DNA of 64,000 nucleotides, taken from Lingula anatina. Taxonomy: Eukaryota > Animalia > Brachiopoda. The notes below the pieces were generated by a model that searched no databases, had not been told where the DNA came from, and saw only the letters and a list, made by a program, of their open reading frames with translations. Made by a program: the position numbers and the translations under genes. The stretch lies in NCBI GenBank assembly GCA_051362555.1, contig CM120641.1:2356001-2420000 (forward strand). The letters are read 5' to 3'. This document shows, piece after piece, positions 13,193 through 24,797 of the stretch (positions are counted from its first letter, which is position 1; every line of letters starts with the position of its first letter).

Positions 13193-16100
13193 ATATATAT
13201 ATATAAAGAAATGGATAATTTTGCATAATATCCATGGTTCCAGGTTCTGGAGCCACGTCTCTTGGACACTTTGATGGCTGTGATACTGAGAGGGCTGTCA
13301 GAGACATGGTCAAGTTGGTCACAAACCTCTCAGAAGGAAAGATGAATGGAAGGTACAGTAAAATAGTGATTAATGTTTGAGAAACAAATGATGTCTTTAC
13401 CATATTTGTACCATCTTTCAAATTCTCACTTAAATTAAGGCAATGACTCTTATGTCCAATTAAGTGGTGCTTCCCAAGGCATGAAGGTCCCTTTTGATGG
13501 AAATTAAAATGTAGAAAAATTTTGTAAGATGGTGAGAGTTGGGTTTGCAAACTGTCCAAATAATGAATGCAATAAATGTATAAGATGTCAGAATAGTTCT
13601 GTGAAGAATTCGGATAAATCTGATACCACCGGGGTTATTTCAGGATTGAGGTACACATGTATGGTGGCTTTATTGATGACCGGAATACCTCGGCAGAGCT
13701 GTCATTAAGTTTGCTTGGTAATGCTAACCAGCATAGTAATTAATCACTTGATAAGAGTTATTTGCTTTCATTGGTGATCAAGTTTTAATGTAACTGAATT
13801 TATGATTTAAAAAAAAATTTTTTAAGTTTTTTGTAAATCTAATGTAGTTGAATCTCAAAGCTTTAGACATGGAGTTAAATTGAAGAAATTCAATTGCAAA
13901 TGCAACTGAGTATTAGCGTGTATGACATCTTGGTTTCTAGATGTTTTATTCCATTAACTCCCTTTTAAATCATCAGATAACTATCTTGAAATTTTGATTT
14001 TTAGATGCACTTCACAAACAACCAGAAGATATCCATCTGATGACTGCTTGCATAACAGGTAGGGGGGAGCATCTGCAGGAGCATATTTTCTGTTAGATTA
14101 TAATTGTACATCTGATTCTGTACAATGATGATATGCTGTTTTCCTCTTATTTCCGTTTTGTAAAACCCTCAAAGTAGGATATGACAGTATGGATAGGTTT
14201 ATAAGCTGGTGAAAAAAAACTTTTTTTATTCTGTCCTCAAAATATTTACTGTCAATTTATATCAAATTTAATCACATTTATCAAATACATGTAACAATAG
14301 AATGATTTTTATCTCATTTTCTTAGTTAGAGGACTCAGTGCTTGTATACATTATAACATTCAGACTCTAACAATTGTTAAATGTGGCCATAAGCTGCAAA
14401 TGCCTGTTTAATTGACTAAAATGGACTATATCTTCTCATTGAATGATTTGGATTGCAGATCTTAATGATGAAGTTAGAGGTGGAATTCACTGGCCAGTGT
14501 TCTATGGAGTGGGTATGTGTTCCTGGAGCTTGTACAAATTTTAAAAAAATCAGAATGAGCATCATAAGTTGAGACAACCCAAATCAACTTGAAAAATAAA
14601 CTGGCCCCCGTTTCACAAAGAATCTTAAATCCGTAGTCGACTAGCTCGGGCTGGGTGACCTAGCTAGGTCGACTACGCTGCAGTCGACTTCAAAGTAACA
14701 GTTAAACATTAGCTTGTCATGGAACACTGCTGACGGACGTCTAGCGGTCAAAAACTTAAATCCGTAGTCGACTAGCTCGGGCTGGGTGACCTAGCTAGGT
14801 CGACTACGCTGCAGTCAACTAGGAGTGTTTCACAAAGATTCTTAAGTGGTTTTTTTCTTAGCTGCTAGTCGACGATGTCTAGCCTCCTCGGGAGGAGACT
14901 TAAGTCTGCAAGCTCAACTGAAACTCGGTAAATGAGAGCATACACAAAAATTTGGAAAGAACATACCTCCTTCAAGATATTGTGTTATAATATCCTTGAA
15001 TAGCACTGACATTTATGGAATATTGAAATAAAAAATAAAATGCCACTTCACCCAGCCGATCGCGTGTTTGTTTATGTTTTTGGTCACTAGACGTCCGTCA
15101 GCAGTGTTCCACGACAAGCTAATGTTTAACTGTTACTTTGAAGTTGTATCGAAGTTAAACTAATCAATAAAGTTCGAAAATAAACTTTGTTTGTGTTTTG
15201 GCTGATTTTTATTGTTGATAAACGATCATTCCCGGTCGAAAGAGGCCATGAAACGTCATGTCTTGTGAAACTTTAGAAATTTTACACCTCCTTTTCTTGA
15301 AGAGTTTCTCATGCGTCGACTATGCTAAGCACACTAAGCTAAGACGTTAGAATCTTTGTGAAACACTCCTAGTCGACTGCAACGTAGTCGACCTAGCTAG
15401 GTCACCCAGCCCGAGCTAGTCGACTAAGGATTTAAGATTCTTTGTGAAACGGGGGCCTGTGCTGATTTGAAAATCCAAGAAAAGTTATTTCTTTACTGGG
15501 TTTCAATATTTTGTGATGAAAAATAAGAAACAACTTTAATTTTATATTTAATTTCCAGCTGTCAATGTGAAAACTGGAGAGACTTTCAAAGCGTCGTTTC
15601 CTGACAAAGGTCCTGATATTCCCCTGAGGGCTGGTACCCATTTTACAGGGATGGAAGAGGTAGAAATTATACCTTTTGCATTCTGTGAATAAGAAAATTA
15701 TCATACTTTTTTAAATTGGTTTTTGGTGTCATTATGGATTTGTGTCATTGTAATTCTAATAAAAATCTGTCCCGTAGTATATATAATATAAATTATTTGT
15801 AGATAAATTATAAATTGTTTAAAAAAAAACAAACTGTTTACTGTTTAAGTATATTTGTTAAACATTTACATTTTTATTGAAACATTATTATTTTAAGACA
15901 ATTTTGATGTGGCTGTATCTTTTTATGTCAAGTTCAAATACTCAGATGAACTATTATGCATTGCATGCAATGGGATGATAGTAAGATGGAAGAAAGAATA
16001 CTAAATCACATAAAAGATTTACAAATGTTTCAGATGATGAACATGTATGACATGGAAAGAAAACTTTTAAAAATTGGTCCATTTTCTTACGGACCTTTTC

Positions 16101-19100
16101 CCTACATTGACCGCTTACTGCTGCTACCAGATGAGTACTACAGGATGGTGAGTTTCTTTTTTAATTTCACAAAAATCATCTTTTTTATAAAAGAAATAAT
16201 TTTGTATCATTCAGATTTCTTTTTTGTCATTGCAGTTATAATGAAGATTTACTGTGTAATTTTTACATATAAATTATACATTGTTTGCAAATGTACAAAT
16301 CTTACAATTACAGTGCTATTTAGATTTAAGCTTCTCATCCAGAAAAATGATGTTCATCTAAACAAAATAGTGTGTACTGCTATAATGTCTTTAAATAACA
16401 AGGCAGCAAAGCTGTCAAATGTACAGACAAAAAGCAGGAAATAACTATGCACAAAATAGGCTACTGTCAATTCTGATGCAAAAGTACATTATGTTAAACT
16501 GCAAATTCAACATCAAATTTTAATTATGCTCAACAGGTAATACCAATGTAAGTAAAATGTGTAACAAGCATAAGGCTTCAGGCCCATGGCAGTTCAAGTT
16601 CACACTTTGAAAATGTATAACTTCCAAAAAAAGGAGCCAATTAGACTGCTTTTCCAACTCGGGCTGCATTTTAGTCCTGTATTTCTTTTCTGAACGTTTG
16701 GCAATCATCAGTAACATGGTTTTCCCATAATGGTCATCATGGCAGCAGCACCCAAAATTGTGTTTTCTTCTATTCTGATGCAATATTACATAGTGGTTAA
16801 CAGCATAATGACCGTCAATTTTTAATAATAAAATATGCGTATCATGGATTTTCAGAAAATGTTACCAGCATGTGTCTTCAAGCCCATGGAACTTCAAAGT
16901 CACACCTTGAAAATGCCAATATGTGAAAAATTAAATTTTCACAAAAAAAAAACTGTTTAACTAGCAGAAAGCATTACCAAACAGACTGCATTGCCTACTG
17001 AAGCTGTATTTTAGTCCCATGTTTCTTTCCTGTAAGTTTGAGAACAGTAAGTGACATGATTTTTCTTAAATGGTCATCATGGGAGCAGTGCCCAAAATAT
17101 TTTTTTCCAAATTTTGATGCAATATTACATAACGTTTAACAGCATAATGACCATCAATTTTTAATAATAAAATATTAGTATTATGGATATTCAGAAAATG
17201 TGACTAGCAAAGGTCTTCAGGCCCATGGAACTTCAAAGTCACAACTTGAAAATGCCAAAATGTAAACAAGACAGCACTGTTCTGAAATGTTTTTTTTTTC
17301 CATTTTTAACACTTTTTTAACATAAAACAAAATTAGCAGTTTACTGCCATTTTTATATGATCAACTAAGAAAATTGATGAGATGTGAAAAATATCAATAA
17401 AACGGTGTCAAATGTCCAATTTCCTCCATTCTGAGTTTATGAACATAGTGAATGATTGAATCTTACAAACTGCAGTGATATGAGTTTATTTCCATTTTTG
17501 AAACTTTATTACACAATACACGATAACAAGTTTACCATCATTTTTACAAAATCAACTAACAATGTTGTAAAGATGCAGGAAATGTCAAACAAACACTTTT
17601 ACTTATCTTATTAATTAAATAATGAAACTGTTAACATGCCTAAAAATTGAATCTGAGGAAATGTGAAACAAGACAGCACTATTCTGAAATGGGTTTATTT
17701 CCATTTTTAACACTTTTTTAACATAAAACAAAATTAACAGTTTACTGCCATTTTTATATGATCAACTAAGAAAATTGATGAGATGTGAAAAATATCAATA
17801 GAACAGTGTCAAATGTCCAATTTCCTCCATTCTGAGTTTCTGAACATAGTGAATGATTGAATCTTACAAAATGCAATGATATGAGTTTATTTCCATTTTT
17901 GACACCTTATTACACAATACACGATTACAAGTTTACCATCATTTTTACAAAATCAACTAACAATGTTGTAAAGATGCAGGAAATGTCAAACAAACACTTT
18001 TACGTATCTTATTAATTAAATAATGAGACTGTTAACATGCCTAAGAATTGAATCTGAGGAAATGTGAAAAAACAGCATAACTACTAAAATAGTGGCCCGA
18101 TCATGCCGATTTTCGAACTTGATCTGCGTTTTAGTAAGATTGATTACTCCTGTGAGTTTCATGACAACAGGCCTATCAGTTTTCCTTGAAATGTGTTAAC
18201 AGTGTTGCATATATGCTGAAAAGTGAAAACAAGACAGCACTGTTCTGAAATGTTTTTGTTTTTTTTTTCATTTTTAACAATTTTTTTAAACATAAAACAA
18301 AATTAACAGGTTACTGCCATTTTTATACAATCAACTGAGAAAATTGATGAGATGGGAAAAATATCAATAGAATAGTGTTTAATGTCCAATTTCCTCCATT
18401 CTAAGATTCTGAACATACTGAATGATTGAATCTGACAAACTGCAATGATATGAGTTTATTTCCATTTTTGAAACTTTATTACACAATACACGATAACAAG
18501 TTTACCATCATTTTTACATATTCAACTAACAATGTTGTAAAGATGCAGGAAATGTCAAACAAACACTTTTACATGTCTTATTAGTTAAATAATGAGACTG
18601 TTAACATGCCTAAGAATTGAATCTGAGGAAATGTGAAACAAGACAGCTCTGTTCTGACATGGGTTTATTTCCATTTTTAACACTTTTTTTAACATAAAAC
18701 AAAATTAACAGTTTACTGCAATTTTTATATGATCAACTAAGAAAATTGATGAGATGGGAAAAATATCAACAGAGCAGTGTTAAATGTCCAATTTCTTCCA
18801 TTATGAGATTCTGAACATAGTGGATGATTGAATCTGACAAACTGTAATGATATGTGTTTATTTCCATTTTTGACGCTTTATTACACAATACACGCTAACA
18901 AGTTTACCATCATTTTTACATAATCAACTAACAATATTGTAAAGATGCAGGAAATGTCAAACAAACACTTTTATGTATCTTATTAGATCAGTAATGAGAC
19001 TGTTAACATTGCCTAAGAGTTGAATCTGAGGCAATGTGAAAAAACAGCTTAACTTCTAAAATAATGCCCCGATTGTGCTGATTTTCGAACTCAACCTGCG

Positions 19101-20567
19101 TTTTAGTAAGATTGACCACTCCTGTGAGTTTAATGACAATTAGCCCATCTGTTTTTCTTATATTGTGTTTACGGTGTTGCATATATGCTGAAAAATGAAA
19201 AAACAGCATAACTACTAAAATAGTGGCCCGATCATGCCGATTTTCGAACTTGGCCTGCATTTTAGTAAGATTGATTATTCCTGTGAGTTTCATGACAACA
19301 GGCCTAACGGTTTGCCTTAAAATGTGTTTACAGGGTTGCATATATGCTGAAAAGTGAAAAAACAGCATAACTTATACAATAATGGCCCGATCATGCTGAT
19401 TTTCGAACTTGACCTGCGTTTAATGAATATTCATCAGCTCTGTAAATATAAAGCCAAAAAGTAAAACTGCCCTCCACTTATCGTGTTTACAAGGAAAGTG
19501 CACGGCGCCGGCGCCGGCGACGGCGACAGCGACGACAGACGCAGGTGATGGCAAAAAAACAGCATAAATTCTACAATAATGGCCGGATCATGCTGATTTT
19601 CGAACTTGACCTGTGTTTTATGAATATTCATCAGCTCTGTAAATATAAAGCCAAAAAGTAAAACTGTCTTCCACTTATGGTGTTAACGCTGAAAGTGCAC
19701 GGCGACGGCGACGGCGACATGATCGGCGACGGCGACGACAGACGCAGGTGATGGCAATATGTACAGACACATCTGTGTCTGTACATAAAAACAGCATAAA
19801 TTCCCTAAAAGTGACCCGATCATGCTGATTTTCGAACTTGACCTGCGTATTATGAATATTCATCAGTTCTGTAAGTTTCAAGGCAAAAGGTAAAATGGTT
19901 TTCCACTTATCGTGTTATCGGTGCTGCATATATGCTGAAAAAAGTGAAAAAACAGCATAAATTCCCTAAAAGTGACCCGATCATGCTGATTTTCGAACTT
20001 GACCTGCGTATTATGAATATTCATCAGTTCTGCAAGTTTCAAGTCAAAAGGTAAAATGGTTTTCCACTTATCGTGTTATCGGTAAAAGTGCACGACGGCG
20101 ACGACGGCGCCGACGGCGACGACGGCGACGACAGACGCAGATGATGGCAATATGTACAGACACATCTGTGTCTGTACATAAAAAGGGTTAAAGGTTCCAT
20201 GAGTGATATCTCACTGCCTTTGTTAATGACATTTGTTAGTGTCAAGTCACATGCCAGTGATGACATGGATAAAATACTGTATCATGTATGGTATGTTTAC
20301 AGCCCCTGATTCTTGAAAATATTTGAATTGGACAGGATAAGACAAAAATCAATAAATTTTGTTCTGTTATTTCTCAGTTTTTAATGATTTTTTTAGCATC
20401 TCTCCACATCTCCAGCCCAGGAACCTTCAGGCTTTGAAGCCGATGTCAGGAAAACTTTGGAGCAAATCAAAAACCACCCAGACCCCATGAAAACAGTATT
20501 CATTGATGGAAAACCTAGGTTCTACAAAAAGGAAAAGGATGGTAACTGGGTCAGGGTCGACGGATGA
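9787..20567 (+). CDS. NTAN1: Protein N-terminal asparagine amidohydrolase (N-degron pathway), 10 coding exons, 309 aa
   Basis: Exons 9787-9870, 12155-12257, 12692-12757, 13244-13352, 13644-13717, 14005-14058, 14459-14512, 15559-15659, 16034-16147, 20397-20567; all GT-AG and phase-consistent (930 nt). Translation MPLLIKG...GAQGLLYVLQRE...LGSEDATTCHIVIIRHTG...HFDG...EVHMYGGF...AVNVKTGE...DKGPD...LKIGPFSY...LSTSPAQEP...GNWVRVDG*, matching remembered NTAN1 motifs including the catalytic ATTC cysteine. Confidence 0.93.
10847..11119 (+). CDS. GEMIN7: Gem-associated protein 7 (SMN complex, Sm-like fold), single coding exon nested in an NTAN1 intron
   Basis: RTYLRERYLR...FGSSDLD...QVTDLETPTG...LLRTSDILS matches the Gemin7 core (human RAALRERYLR...FGATDLD...LQTPIG...LLRCSDII, from memory). 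Acceptor ctccaacAG lies immediately before the ATG. AATAAA at 11635-11640. Confidence 0.9.
   Translation: MSEELEKVQELRTYLRERYLRAMNALARRPITVTMFEKTIVNAVFGSSDLDGLLLQVTDLETPTGTHPNGLLRTSDILSINIHPLQEEKS
12278..12505 (+). repeat. Degenerate short interspersed repeat (HINE-like), with a partial second copy at about 13040-13125
   Basis: TCTGTCTGTTAGCA microsatellite-like head and a core (TGTTATGGACTGATA...GGGTTAACTTGAAAGTGATTAGAT..TGGTG..GATCCTT) repeated at 13040-13120. The tail CTTGGCAGAGGTATGCAGTCT resembles DINE-like ends. Confidence 0.45.
13129..13205. repeat. (TA)n microsatellite
   Basis: About 75 bp of TA dinucleotide with one interruption, about 40 bp upstream of NTAN1 exon 4. Confidence 0.95.
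14604..15456. mobile_element. PIF/Harbinger-like MITE in NTAN1 intron 7
   Basis: Long TIRs GCCCCCGTTTCACAAAGAATCTTAAATCC... / ...GGATTTAAGATTCTTTGTGAAACGGGGGC. 3-bp TSD CTG at 14601-14603 and 15457-15459. No ORF. Confidence 0.88.
16397..20184 (-). mobile_element. Full-length HINE/DINE-1-like Helentron derivative with expanded internal tandem arrays, in NTAN1 intron 9
   Basis: Minus strand: T-run, palindrome ATGTACAGACAC-AGAT-GTGTCTGTACAT, (GTC/GCC)n microsatellite, then ~150, ~400 and ~350 bp tandem units. It ends with the 3' subTIR TGTCTGTACAT, stem-loop and CTTGTT at 16397-16429, identical to the end of the copy at 1423-1455. Confidence 0.8.
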
Positions 20568-23500
20568 AAACCTAGAATGTGTTTCGTTGAAATGGTTTCC
20601 TACTTACATTAGTGTTAAATTAATTCTATATGGAATTTCAGATAATTTTTCTCTGAAGTGAAAGTGTACAGTGTGCAATATATGAAGTTTTCATTCCAAA
20701 TTAACTTTTGACATCTGTTATTTGCCCTGTCAACTGTATATTCTGTGCTGGTTTTAAAAAAATATGTTTGCATTACATATAACTTTTTGTTCAGCAGAAA
20801 ACCTCAACATTAATTTACTTTTTCTGTTTACATTCATTGACAAGGGATAAGTGAATTTTATAATAATGCAAGTTTTGCTGGCAAATATTTATTATTCAAA
20901 TTGGAGTTTGAAGTTATGTTTCTCTTAACCATGTATTATGTTCTTAGTGTGTGGTGTTGGATAATATAATGAAGTCCATAATGTTGATTTTGCATACAAA
21001 ACAATTGTTATTAAAATAACTATAAATAATTTTTGATAACTGTTTTTGTCTGTGTTGCTCATACTGATTTAATGTGATTTTTGTCACTGAGTGTAGAATA
21101 ATGCTCAAATAATATCAATAAATGATCAACTGACTAAAAAGAAAGTTTTAGGTTCAACTGACTGCTACCTTATATCTTACATTGCAGCTGTATATTTCCC
21201 TTAAAATTTCAATTTAGTTTAACAATCAGCAGCTATATTTGGTATAACTACAAAACCACCATGTTCTTTAGATGCCTGCCATGTCACTTTCTTCTGGAAA
21301 AAAAACTCACTTCAGACTGAACACCTGACTTTCATTCCTCATGTGCTAAAGATCCAACTAAAATTAAAACCTTTAAAATATTGGTTGTACAATGATCTCT
21401 TTCTTAATAATTAATCCATTGTATTGGGTGGCTGTTGACAGGTATAAGGGGGCAGGGTATGGGAATGGACCACAGCACAGTGTAACGTTTTTTTTTTTTT
21501 TTTTTAATATTAAAACTTTTTATGTATTTTCCAAAATAATATTTTTGGGACATGCTGGTGGCCTTCTTTATTGAATCCTAAGTTTAAGGAGTGACATGTC
21601 CCAATGAAAATATATTACATATGATGATGGCAGTTTTTAAGCCAGATATACCTAGTGTTTTGACCTTGTCAAAAGTCTGGTCATAATGATAATTTGATAA
21701 ATATTGTGAAATCTCTTTAGAATTCTTTCAATGAAATTAATTATTTTAGGCTAGTAGCAGTATTTGTATGTCAGAGTTAGCCTTGGTATAAGTTATTTTA
21801 CAAAAGTGCATATTAAACAGGTGTTGTATGATTTTCCAGGTAAGTTAATTTTATAGTAAAAAATTAGAGCTGCTGCACCCTGTGAAAATCTTATTATCCC
21901 ATCAGGAATGTTGACCAATTTAACAATTGACATAAAGTGTATGAATTAATACAATCTGTTGCCTATAATATGTTAATGTCTTTATCGTGTGGGACTAATT
22001 TACATGATTATAGTTTCTCTACCTGGTCGCCATATGTGGTGTATGATTATTCTCCGAAGCACTTTGTAGTTCAAATTGATAAGTAATAGTACGTAGCTGG
22101 CTACACTTTCAGGGAGTTAATATAGGACAATGGACTTTAATACAGTCAAGTGCTGATTAATTTGTCACTGGACTCCCGCTCACTTTAGTAGGGTGAACCT
22201 GAAGAGATAATGACACCATTGTGGTTTTAATCAGTTTCAAGATCATTTAATTGTTATGGGGAGTAGAACACTCTGAAGAGATGTCTATCTGAATGATACT
22301 CTGCTGTACTAGTGTAGAATAGCATTGGAGAGCTGCAAACCACTCCCCCAAACTGCATGTACCATTGGGATAACATGAGAGGTAAATATTACAGCATTTC
22401 AAAATATTACCCAATTGTTTGCTCTGGTCATATTTGAGATATTTGCCGTTTACTGTAGTGATAGTTCTGTTGTGATGAGTGAGTGTTAAATGGACTAGAG
22501 GGTATCAAGGAAGGAATTATTGTGCTTCATTTACCCTTAGTATGTGGTCCTCTGTTCGATGTTGAACTAGCAGTGAAATGAACATGATTGAAGTGTAATG
22601 GGAAACTGGTAATGAAATGAGGTATGTAATTCTGAAGCTGTATTTTGCTGGTGTCTTTTTGTTATTACAAGGAAGTATTTGGGAGTAATTCACTCCATGT
22701 AAAATACAGAGAGAATATGCAGTTCTACCTGTTAATATACTAATGGAGATATATATGTATGGATGAATGACATTACTATTTCCGTGTAATGAAATTTTAT
22801 AATATATAAACAGACTAGACTGTATGGACTTCTTGGACCTAGAATTTGGTCTTTTTGATAGTTTGCAGCATACGTATCTTATTTTTAATACAACCCTTTT
22901 TATTTTTGGTGAGTTGAAATTTTAATTTTTTTCTTATAAAATTATGCTTTGCTGCCAAAATTTTGATAAGAAAGTTATTTTCTAGTGTCTAATTAAATAG
23001 GTGAAATTTTTTGAAGGGTGGTATAAATATTTGAAACTTTTTCAAATGATGACTTTACATGATTGAACAGGGCATATTATAACAAACCCTGAGTACAGAG
23101 AGTCAGTGAAAAATTCTAGTTAATGCAGCTACACTGTGGCTTTGTACACCAACATCTAATCTCCATACTCCGTTACACACCATAAAGAAAAGAAGAACCA
23201 CTTGAAATACAACACATTTAGAGTACACAACCTTAGTATGTAACCAGCAATAAAGAAAAGGAAAGGCACCTGAAATGCAAAACATTTAGAGTACACATTT
23301 GGAGGTTTATGTAGCAAGCAGGCAAGTTATTTCTCAAAACAGCGGCTCACTGTTTGCAATGTGGACCTGAATATTGTTGATGTCTGTTTGTAAACAAGAG
23401 GCTGGGTACAGGCTAGCTCCCTCAGGTGAGAGGTTCTTGATCTGTAAGTATGAACTGGGGCTTTTTTTAGATTAATATTACTGTTGGAGATTTGAAATTG

Positions 23501-24762
23501 GATGGATTCTTAACTGTAAACAGGAGATCTCTTATTGACCAGTGATTTCAAGTACAATGCACTGTGGGGTCTGTCTGTCTGTCTGTCTGTCTATCTGTGG
23601 AAGGACTCATTTTCTTATTGATCGTACTGTATGTCCTTAAGCCCATCTGATAATTTGATGGAGATGATAGGTTTAAGGCTTGTTGTCAACTTAATACCAT
23701 TAGTTTTTATCTTAAAAAATCTCCTTAAAAGCTCAGTGCATAAAAGTGAAAGACATACATGGTTTATACGAAGTCATGTAAGTAAGTTCAGTGCACTGAC
23801 ACTTGCATGTATATTTCATTCAATATCACACCACGTCTAACAGCATAATGAAGGTGTCAACCTTGACAGATTGCAATCAGATTTGGGGCACATCTCAAGT
23901 GATGGCAATTCAGGTTGAAACCTTTTGTAAATGTTTCAGAATTGAACAAAATTTATCAAATGTGAAGAGAGATTTTTAGCAAAATGGGTGTAAGAAGGTC
24001 CTGACCATGTATGTGTCTTTTCACTTCAAAAGTGATTTCATTAAGAGATATATTGACTGCATGGAACATAGCATAAATATATGTCTGTAATGTGAAGATA
24101 CATTCATGTGAGGATGTAAAACTAAATATGCTGTCATGGTATATACCACAATGTGGATCTCCCAGGTAGAATGGCCATATAGAATGTAGAAGTACATGTA
24201 TTTATGTATACAGTGCTGGTCTCAACCACAAATCAAGGTCAATTAATGGCTTAATTAGTCCTCAAAGATGGACTATGGTCTTTGGCTGTTGAGTCTTAAT
24301 TCAATCCATTTAGGATATGTCCATCTCTGTATAGCAAAATGTGTGAAAAAAATTGACGGTTATATTGATTGGCACATCATTGGCATATTGCTGTGTTAAA
24401 GAGGTAGAATTCTGGCAAATGGGATACCATCCAAGATAATGAACGAGTGTTTATGTATTCCTAAGATATGCTTGGCCAAAGATCTTGTTTATTTATAACT
24501 AAATACCTAACATTTTCATAAGAATATATTGGCTCAATTAACATGCTTCTGTATAATGTATGCTGCCTTTGATTAATTATGAACAAAATATATTTGTCTG
24601 AGAAAATGAAAAATTAAAACTGTTTACTTGGTTTTGACAAGCTTTCTGCGAAAGTGCTTTTGCTCTCAGGCAGTTATCATTGCATGAATGACAGTGCACA
24701 AGCTCACTGCCATAACCTTAGTATATGGGACTGTCAACGAGGAATGACAATTCAAGTGTAAT

Positions 24763-24797
<35 letters not shown>

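Noticed and set aside
15956-16444. 162-aa ORF as an independent gene
   Set aside because: Only 16034-16147 is coding (NTAN1 exon 9); the rest is intron.
17264-20100. Regularly spaced repeats as a CRISPR array
   Set aside because: Eukaryotic context, units are 150-400 bp tandem copies without unique spacers, and there are no cas genes.
20181-20191. AAAAGGGTTAA as a piggyBac end
   Set aside because: No matching TTAACCC at the other end; the HINE structure explains the boundary.
19003-20266. Short minus-strand ORFs with repeated KFENQHD peptides
   Set aside because: They are translations of the HINE tandem units and microsatellite.
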